Source of the DNA: Hydrurus foetidus
Lineage: Eukaryota
Assembly: GCA_900617105.1 (NCBI GenBank)
Contig: UYFQ01000498.1
Location: forward strand, 54,589 to 74,588
DNA length: 20,000 bases
Direction: 5' to 3'
How positions within the stretch are numbered: position 1 is the stretch's first letter; every line of letters starts with the position of its first letter. The translations under genes were made by a program, and so were the position numbers. The notes beneath the pieces were generated by a model. The model did no database searches. It was not told where the DNA came from and saw only the letters and a list, made by a program, of their open reading frames with translations. Shown in pieces: positions 11,800-20,000 of the stretch.

Positions 11800-13536
11800 T
11801 ACCCGTTTGCGATTAAGGCAAACCCCTTGCAATTTTTTTTGACTGGGGGTGATTGATCTCTGCAGTGTTTAAGCGAGATATATATCTATTTGCGATATGT
11901 CAGCTAATCCACCCTCTTCTGATCCACCTCGTGACGAGGAAGAGATCGTACGTCTGGCAGCGTTGGCTGCGCTCAACAAGTCTGTGCCATTGAACAATAC
12001 GTTGTTTGGTAACAGCTCACTGACGATGCAACTCCAGAGTGAGGTATTCGTGCTCAGACACAACTTCATTGATAAAGCTGATGCCATTGAGTTCTACGAA
12101 CAGGCCCAGAGAAACTCCGGCATGAAGCTGACGGATTGTATGCAGAAGCAGGCAATCGAACCATTGAATTTTAAAATCTTAGTCGATCCTGAATTCAACA
12201 TTATCGATCGTCGGCTACGTCATGATTGGTTTACCATTCTGTCGGTGACTCAGGTAGCCACCCTGGTAGTTAAGTACTTTTGCCCAAATGGTTTGGGGGA
12301 GTGTACGCTAGCGGAGAGTTTTAGCCAGATTCCCTTCCACTACCAGATCGCTAACCACGATCATGAGAATGCCAGATTCATTCGTTACAATGAACTTGTG
12401 AGCAACTATGAGAGGTCCAAGGGCCCTCTGACTCAGACTCAACATGCTGAGCTCATTCAGATCTTGGAGAAGCGCCTAGCTAAGGGTAGTCAAATTCAAC
12501 AAGACTACATGAAGGCGAAAGCTGCTGACACCTCATCACCTAACACGTGACCAATAGCATTGGTCAGGTTCTGGCCGAGGCTAGGTCTATGATGAACCTC
12601 ATCAAGAGCTACGGCAACCCGGATGTGGTGCGTTCGTTCCCTTCATCAGCCGTTCCACCTGATGTTGGTAAGAAAGAGACGGGCAGACCTAGTGTTTAAG
12701 CACCCTCACCCACACCCTCCGCTGCGTCTAGATCACTCACTGCGACAGTGCGTACCCCTAGCTCGTACGTTCCGACTCAGCATGGACCCGCCGTCCGTGC
12801 GTCGACGGAAGTGCCGCTCGTACAAGTCTTTCGAGCGTGTCGCTCGTGCGGGTTGAAGGCGCACTTGGTGGTTGAGTGCCCCGTTCTGTATTTCTCAGAC
12901 TCCAACACAGACCATCAGGCTGAGTGGGAGGGTTCTACATTGGGGATGGCTTGGGCTGCGGTGGGGTTTACTGAATGGCAACAACATCTCGTACTCCCCG
13001 GATACGAAGATCGCGTTCAGTATTTCCCCAGGGGTACGAAACCCTACATGATGGGTAACGACACCAAACGCGCCAAGAACAGCCATGGTTCTGGTAACAA
13101 CCCAAATTCCTCAGATGGTTCAGATCGTTCCAACCAGGGACATGGGGGAAACAACCAGAACCAGGGTAACCAAGATAACCAAGGTAACCAAGGAGGTGGT
13201 TACCAAGGTAACCAAGGAGGTGGTAGAGGTAAGCAGAAGGGAGGATATAACCCCAATGCAAACCCAAACTAGGGTCGTGGGTGCGGTGGTAGGGGTAATC
13301 GTTACAACCCCCCACAGGGAAACTTCCCTCCTCCTTCTTCCTCTTCAGATCAGGATCAAGGTAAGAACCTTCGTTTTGATGACGTGGCTGCTATCTTTGA
13401 TAATGATATCCATAATCTGATGGATGTTCATGTTGAAGAACAACCACATGTAATTATTCGTGAAGAATTCTTGCATAATTCATCCATCCATCCTTCCTTC
13501 TCACCACCTCAACGTAACTGTTATTGTGCAGGATAA
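11800..13536 (+). mobile_element. Decayed, truncated Ty3/Gypsy LTR-retrotransposon relic (LTR 3' end plus gag only; LTR start not located)
   Basis: Shares AGGCRAASCCCTTGCAATTTTTTTT (11816-11840) with the LTR/PBS junction of the downstream element. Its gag is homologous to the downstream gag. No protease or RT follows. Confidence 0.75.
11897..13536 (+). pseudogene. gag: gag pseudogene with CCHC zinc knuckle
   Basis: DAIEFYEQAQR...WFTILSVTQVATLVVKYF...LAESFSQI aligns with DAREFYEHSQR...WLQTLTVPQVAHLVLRYF...LAEHFSEV of the downstream element. CRSCGLKAHLVVEC (CX2CX4HX4C) at 12838-12879. In-frame stops at 12548, 12697 and 13270, and a frameshift at ~12570. Confidence 0.8.
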
Positions 13537-13726
13537 AGGAAGGATTTAACAATAAATAGCATAATTAAAAATGAAAAATTATGAGAGCATATTTTCAGTC
13601 AAAAATATCAATACTAATTGAAAAAAAAGAATAATTAACAATAAATAGTGTAGCCTTCATCGACCCTCTAGGCCATCTCTAGCTTGGCGTCGGTGTGTTC
13701 CTCTCTCTCCGCAACAATAACCCCTC

Positions 13727-13959
13727 TCGCTTCAAGCTTTGCTTGCTTGACGTCCGTGGATAGCTTTGTCTTCCACGCCGTAAACTTAGTCACTCGGATT
13801 GAGGCTTATCTCCCGATACTTGACTGTCTTGTGGTTGCTCGAGTTTCATCTCGGCAATCCCATATCATTGTGCAGAGTTAACCCAGTTAACTTCTGCCCA
13901 TATTTCGCTTCAAGCTTTGCTTGATTGACGTCCGTGGATAGCTTCGTCTTCCACGCCGT
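13727..13959. repeat. 55-bp direct repeat pair (13727-13781 and 13905-13959, 2 mismatches)
   Basis: TCGCTTCAAGCTTTGCTTG(C/A)TTGACGTCCGTGGATAGCTT(T/C)GTCTTCCACGCCGT occurs twice; weaker similarity continues downstream of each copy. Confidence 0.9.
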
Positions 13960-14163
13960 TCTCGTGGTTGGTCGAGCAAGTCTCCCAATCCCGGCTCATT
14001 TTGTACGGATTGATTCATTCATCCTTCCAGAACCTACTTGACTTATTGTGGGGGGGCGCGTATCAACGTACCAGGTGGGGGATAAAACTAAACTGTGAAC
14101 TGTATACTGTATATACAGTCATGTGTCAGTTAGATACGTCATTTGAAGGTATGGCATTCATCC

Positions 14164-14639
14164 TAGGGCTTTGTCGGGCCCCCCTCCCCCAAAAAAGGGG
14201 CACTTTTGGCAAGATTTTTCGTGCCGATTTGCCAAAAGCTGTAATAATGTCCAGATTTGAAATTTAGTTACGGAAAATGATTGGAGTCATCATCATAAGC
14301 CCTAGAACGCACTTACACGTCATGGAGACAAAGGGAGGGTGCGATTTGACGTCATAATTCCCTTCAGATTCCGGCTAACGGACCGTTTGACCGGAGATCT
14401 GACTGAACCATACCGTATTTTCAGTATAAAATACCGTAAATACCGGTCAACAATCTCCTCTTGCGGCTTAATTTTAGCCGGAACTCCTTTTAAAACCGTA
14501 TTTCGTAGGAAAACACGGGATAATTAGGCCCTCTGGCAATTTGGCAGAGCTTTCTAAAATCTTGCCAACACCGCCAAAAACGGCTTTTTTACAGCTTGCC
14601 AAAAGAGCCGTTTTTTGAGTCGGGCCCGACAAAACCCTA
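14164..14639. mobile_element. Non-autonomous hAT-superfamily DNA transposon (MITE-like), 476 bp
   Basis: 18-bp TIRs TAGGGCTTTGTCGGGCCC / GGGCCCGACAAAACCCTA (1 mismatch). Perfect 8-bp TSD ATTCATCC at 14156-14163 and 14640-14647. TAGGG termini plus an 8-bp TSD are hAT hallmarks. No transposase ORF. Confidence 0.92.
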
Positions 14640-14735
14640 ATTCATCCTATTTAGATGATCAGTTCATGCGTACAGGACATTTTATGTGACGTAGCATTGA
14701 TTATGGCAGTAGTCCCCTTTTCATCGGATCTGTGA

Positions 14736-14794
14736 CCCCCAAAATGATAGTCCCCCCAAAATGATAGTCCCCCCAAAATTAGACCCCCTAAAAC
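14736..14794. repeat. 17-bp tandem repeat CCCCCCAAAATGATAGT (about 3 copies, last degenerate) in putative LTR U3
   Basis: Directly visible. Confidence 0.85.
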
Positions 14795-14860
14795 CATTCT
14801 GGGACTGCAGGAATACGGTCATATCCCTGCAATTCTAGCTCCGTATTATTTGTCATCTCT

Positions 14861-14866
14861 TATATA
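14861..14866 (+). promoter_or_regulatory. Putative TATA box of the LTR promoter
   Basis: TATATA(G) about 100 bp upstream of the LTR end; positional inference only. Confidence 0.35.
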
Positions 14867-14970
14867 GAGGTGGAACCACCATAAAGGTTTATCCCCCAAT
14901 TTTGCTTCGCCTAATCGACTGTTTGATTTTCATCCAAACTGCACGAGGCGAAGCCCTTGCAATTTTTTTT

Positions 14971-14984
14971 TGGCGACTCTCACT
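14971..14984 (+). promoter_or_regulatory. Primer-binding site, probably tRNA-Arg
   Basis: TGGCGACTC... lies just after the ...TGCA LTR end and before the gag ATG. It is complementary to a ...GAGTCG-CCA tRNA 3' end, like the tRNA-Arg PBS of plant Tat/Ogre Gypsy elements. Confidence 0.65.
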
Positions 14985-15017
14985 ACTTAAAATTGTCAAG
15001 ACATAAGTCATCTAACG

Positions 15018-18000
15018 ATGCCGTTATCTGATGACTCTTCGGAGATCTCTCCGTCGCTCGCCGAATTCACTGCTCAAGCAGTTCCGGCAGCGACGACAGT
15101 TTCAATAACTCAGTCGACACCAACAGCGCCGACAGCAGTAGCTGCGTCTGATGGAACTGATCGACCGGTATTCCCAGTAACAATACTGGGACCTACCAAC
15201 AGTTCCAATCAGGCGCCGCCTAATCGTCATAACGACGACGACGACGTTCACACAACGCGACAACAAGACAATGTCACGTTGCGTTCGTCAGACGCCAACT
15301 TAAACCGTCAACAGACACGCCATAACAGCGACACTGAACGGGATGATGACGACGGCGATACTAACCCTCGCCGCCGTATAGATTCACCCCCACAACGATA
15401 TCTCCGTCGTCAGGGCCTAGACAGTTATGACAACACAACTCGTCGGAATAATCCCTTCGACGGAGATGCAACAGGCGATTATCCGCTCACTCCAAATCAA
15501 CAGAGTGGTAGCGAAGACGGTGGTGACGTTAATCGTTACGATAACCGTCAACGCAACGATTATAACCAGCGTCAACACAACGACGATAATCAAAACAACA
15601 ACAATTATCGGCGTTTTAATGATGACAATCAAAGTCACAACGATAATCGTCGTAACTACGATGACTCCAACCCTCCCAGGGACAACCGTAATACGGGCCC
15701 TTCATACGGTACGGAGCACCGTAACGACAATCGTCACGATAACGATGGACGTCAATATAACGATGATCGCCGCAACGACAATCAACGTCAGAGCGATAAT
15801 CGTCGTTATAACGACAATTACCGTCAGAATGACGACAGTCATGATTACGACAACGAGGGACGTCGCGGGTACAGCACCCAATTCAATGACGATAACAGAC
15901 GTCAATACGACGATCGACGCAACAGCGACAATCGTCGCAACGACGACAATCCACGTCAGACTGACGGACGTCGCGATAACGACAATCGTCAACAAGACGA
16001 CAACCCTAACAGGGATAATCGCAGAGACACCTTCCAACGTCCCAACGATAACCCCCAAAGGGATAATCGTAATTACGAAGATTCTCGTCGTAATGACAAC
16101 CCCAACAGGGGGAATTATTCGACGAATACTCGCAATTTCGATAATGTTCGCGACGACAACAACGACAGCTTCCGTCAGGGAGATAACAACTCCAGCAGGA
16201 GAAGTCGTAGAGAACCCTCACAGGGTTACGACGACAGTCCCCCAAGGGAGTATCATCAAGGGGACAATCGTCGCCAACAAGATACCTCGAACAGGGGCAA
16301 TCGGAATACCGACAGTCGTCAGTACAACGAAAACCTATATGAGGACGAACGTGCGACTGAGAGTCGTACGACTCCACGTGCGTCCATACGCGTGACCGAC
16401 AACTCGAGATTGCTCGAGAGCCGCGATACACGCAACCCCGAAGATGTGCAGACAGTAACCCGCACAGCGGACGCTCCTCGCAAACGCGCGTCACCTCCTC
16501 AAGAGGGTCCAACGTCACGCAAGCGACAAACTTCTCCACCAGGGTCACCAGAACGTCCTACGTACATACGTACGTTTACTGGTGACACTGATTATAACCC
16601 CCAACCCCAACGAGTCATCCAGGAAGTACCACGGGAAATTCGGGTTCCTACCCCACTTCCCCTGGATCCTCCAGACATCGTGGTGCTACCCGCAACGGAT
16701 CGCATCATCGATTACGAGCTGCAAACAGCAGCGTTCCGAGCTGCAGGGGGCGGTCTCGACCCCAATGCAGCGCAACCAGTACGACCGCCGATACCACGGT
16801 ATATACATGATCGTACGTCACCGATCAACGTACCCGCGGTACAGGTTGCCACACCCAGTGCGACCCCTACAGCGCTTGTAGTGGGTGGACGTGCTGTGGA
16901 TGATGGCTCCCGACCTATATCCGCTATTGCACTTCAAACGGTACTTTACGTTCTCAACGTGAATGCGTCCGGCATTATTGGACAGGATGCGCGGGAGTTT
17001 TATGAACACTCCCAGCGCTGGACCAACAACTATGATGTTGGTCAAGTCATCTCGACTAAAGCAGTCAGATGCATTGATGATCAGATCCATACGGATCAAG
17101 ATTATCCATACTCCGAGGAGACACGTAAAGTGTGGCTCCAAACTTTGACTGTCCCTCAAGTAGCGCATTTAGTCCTGCGCTACTTTCGCGCGGACACACA
17201 GCTCGGACAGTCACTAGCTGAGCATTTCTCGGAAGTCATCTCGCCTTTTGTTACAACAAAAGGGAGATTGAGATGCGCTGCATGACTCAGTTTCGTGAGG
17301 TGGTTGAGAATCATGTACAAGTACATGGCACACTCAGCACTTCCGACCATGCCGCACTCACTCTCTTATTTTAGAGAAAAGATGCCTCTTAACGGTGCCA
17401 TCACCGCCAAATACAAAGAGCATAAACGCGTCAACCCGCATGACGTGGACGATTGGGAATTCGCGATGCGTCGCTTTTCTCCCAAGTCAATGCGGTACGA
17501 CAGCTCCAGCTACACGTAGCGGCTTTCGGGGACCCCAACGACATTTACTGTCACCCCGCGAGACAAAATCCGTATGGGTTATCTCTCACGACTAACCCCA
17601 AAACCCTGTTGGTTGGTGCGGCACTCCCAGCATTACCACCGCTGGCACTGCCAACAACACCATTCCCGCAGTGTAACTCGTGTGGACACATGGACCATCT
17701 GCTTAAGAGTTGCCCACACATGTGGATGGTGGACTTCAAACACCAACCACAATGTTCCGTGGGACCACTCCAACATGGGTCGCACGTGGGCACAGTACGG
17801 TCATGCGACCTACCCTATCCACGATCGCATCCCTGGTCTGGGTCGCTTCAAAATTCAGATACCCCGTCGTGAAACAAACTTCACTGACGAGGTACTGAAT
17901 AAAGCCCATCCCCCAGGAGGTGGTCATAAGAAAAAATACCAAGGGAACCCCAATCATGGGGGGAACTTTAACCGGAGCTCCACCAACAAACCGCGATACG

Positions 18001-18100
18001 GTTCGGGTGGACAAAACACCACGTTGGCCAACAACACCTCCATCAACGCAGCCAACAGTGGCCTACCACTCCCAGCCCCATACGATGGTACGTTACCTCA
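15018..18100 (+). pseudogene. gag: gag region (frameshifted): long N/D/R-rich N-terminal extension, capsid-like domain, CCHC knuckle
   Basis: The 755-aa ORF continues via frameshifts at ~17236, ~17370, ~17478 and ~17733. CNSCGHMDHLLKSC at 17672-17713. Homologous to the upstream gag relic. Confidence 0.8.
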
Positions 18101-18529
18101 TACCACGGTGGTGGATGCATTGGTAGTGGCGATACATGCGGCTAACACATGTAGCCCTACCGATACACCACCATCTTTATGTATACTCAACTCTGATATA
18201 CTCATAACTGATGCATTGGAGGTCTCTACCCCTCCCAATGCTATATCGGATAACATTAACGATGTTCTCCCCACATGTCTTCACGTGTTACAGCCACCCC
18301 ATACCTCCCTGCCGCTAATCTCGGAGGTGCTGGCGGCGTGCCATAACCAGACCGACATGTCGGAAATACCGCTCATAGGTACGTTACCGTCTGACTCGAT
18401 TGTAGCAGCGGTACATTCAACAAATCCTAATGAACTTCTCTCATTATTGGTGTTCAAGGATGAACGAAGAACCTTGCAGGGACACGCCCCCACCACAGTC
18501 GCGTCAGCACCCCAGTCCACGGGACTTAG

Positions 18530-18830
18530 TCTTACAGCGCACGCGCTCTTAGACACGGGTAGCATGGCCGGCGATTTTGTTTCCAAATCACTGCTTGTCT
18601 CACTTGATGCACTTGCTCATTGTTATGTGTCTTCAACCGCACTTAACGTTTGTAGCGGTCTTGATGGCACTTGTTATAGGTGTAATACCTTAGTCGATTT
18701 AGGCCTTACTTTTTCGATGATAGTAATAATAAGCACACTATCTATATCACTTTTAGTGTTAATCCTTTTGCACAACTGGATCTGATCATCGGACGCAAGT
18801 CCCTGAATCAACACAACTTGTTTGTGCTGA
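18530..18830 (+). pseudogene. Retropepsin-like aspartic protease (frameshift ~18712)
   Basis: ALLDTGSMAGDFVS (DTG at 18552) and, after a -1 shift, LDLIIGRKSL (the D-x-I-I-G motif). Confidence 0.88.
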
Positions 18831-19299
18831 CACCGGAACGTATGGGCTTTGACCCTACGTTAATCGAAACGTCACCCAGCCCGGATGACATCGGTCTACT
18901 TCCCTTAAGGGCAGAGTCCGACATCGGTACAGATTCACATACCGACGTCTGTTGTCATCATAGTGACGCTGTCGGATCGCGTAGTCCTTGTACACAGTGT
19001 CGCCTAATTACCGACACTGCTGACAATGGAGACGAAGGTCACTCGAGCACCCACCGTATTCCAACAGTGGGAGAAGAGTGGGGTCCATCTGCGCTATGGA
19101 CGGGCAGTGGTCTTAACCGCCCCCCTTCTGAGACCGGGACGAGAGTGAACACAGTAACACTTAACGCCGCGAGCGTGTTGTCGTGCGGAATCAATCTCAA
19201 TGGAGATGAGATTGATGATGACAAAACGGATGCGTTCGGTCCGTTTCTTTCTGCATTGATGAAAGACCCTACCCCAACAGGTAGGGCGAACGATGTCAT

Positions 19300-20000
19300 C
19301 TCGACAATCACCTTTGGTGGGTCGGAAGCTCTGCAAACAGCATGCAGAGCATTATGTACCGAATTTATTGACATCTTTCAAGATGAGGTGGCCCGTGAAC
19401 CGGCCCGTATACCTCCTTTTGATATTGATCATAAGGCGGCACAATGGGAAGTACCTGGTAACAGGACCCCGCTCCGCCCCAATCCTCACAAAAGGAGGAG
19501 GCGATTCACAATAACCTTCAGGATCTGATACGGATCGGGGTGGTTGAGAAGTCTAATGCGGTATACTACAGTCACCCTGTAGTAGTACAGAAGTCACCCG
19601 GACAATACCGTGTATGTATTGACTTCCGGCCACTTAATAACTGTACGGAGTCGGCCAGTTGGCCACTCCCCAACATTCCAGCAATGTTTGAACGCATTGG
19701 CGCTCGTCAACCTGACATCTTTGGAGTTATGGACTTAACGTCCGGCTACCATCAAGCACCCCTTACGGCATCGGCCAAAATCCTGACTGCATTCATATGC
19801 TTCTCTGGAATTTATCAATTCACTCGATTGCCTTTCGGCCTCAAACGTGCCCCATCATTCCAGGAGATGATGGCCACGATTGTCCTTGTGGGCCTTTTAT
19901 ATGTAACATGTGAGATGTATCTCGATGATTGCATTGTAATTGGTAATGGACCACGAGATTTCGTGATGTCTTCATCCGTTTGCGAGAAAAGAATTTATTC
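19300..20000 (+). pseudogene. pol: Reverse transcriptase (partial; frameshifts ~19480 and ~19960), largely missed by the ORF track
   Basis: EEAIHNNLQDLIRIGVVEKSNAVYYSHPVVVQKSPGQYRVCIDFRPLNNCTESASWPLPNIPAMFERIG...MDLTSGYHQAPL...TAFICFSGIYQFTRLPFGLKRAPSFQEMM...MYLDDCIV (YLDD at 19918-19929). Confidence 0.95.

Larger units (their letters stand above)
14059..14961 (+). mobile_element. Probable 5' LTR of the downstream Gypsy element (start uncertain; interrupted by the hAT element)
   Basis: Ends in ...CCCTTGCA just before the PBS. Contains TATATA at 14861-14866 and a short tandem repeat. Preceded by a G7 tract (14050-14056). No second LTR is in the window to confirm boundaries. Confidence 0.5.
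14059..20000 (+). mobile_element. Ty3/Gypsy LTR retrotransposon (3' part beyond window)
   Basis: Order LTR end, PBS, gag with zinc knuckle, aspartic protease, RT (RT follows PR directly, the Gypsy order). RT motifs RVCIDFRPLN, MDLTSGYHQ, TAF, LPFGLKRAP and YLDD. Confidence 0.93.

Noticed and set aside
12560..12580. Conserved programmed -1 frameshift, since both gags shift frame right after ...RF (also ~17478)
   Set aside because: No shared slippery heptamer. The first copy appears about 3 codons shorter there (a deletion) and the second has a T-run loss like its other indels.
15028..15050. CTGATGA followed by a CTC-TTCG-GAG hairpin (hammerhead-like)
   Set aside because: The required GAAA is missing (ATC follows), and the sequence encodes SDDSSE in gag.
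15417..16548. Overlapping alternative-frame and antisense ORFs (T/I/V-rich)
   Set aside because: Shadows of the repetitive GAC/AAC/CGT codons in the gag extension.

Overview
Eukaryotic (probably protist) genomic DNA; the lineage cannot be fixed from the sequence. Left half: a multi-exon ankyrin-repeat gene on the minus strand, with GT-AG exons traceable from about 9841 down past position 1. One intron holds a 4.7-kb compound satellite of about 67 units, each a ~40-bp palindrome-rich constant core plus a variable-length (CAATA)n linker. Right half: two related Ty3/Gypsy LTR-retrotransposon copies on the plus strand. The first is a decayed gag-only relic (11897-13536). The second has LTR end, PBS, gag, protease and RT (15018 to >20000) and is interrupted only by small indels. 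A 476-bp hAT-type non-autonomous element with an 8-bp TSD sits in the probable LTR region between them. The most unusual items are the intronic repeat-linker array and the very long N/D/R-rich Gag extension. I found no convincing CRISPR, ribozyme or prokaryotic system.
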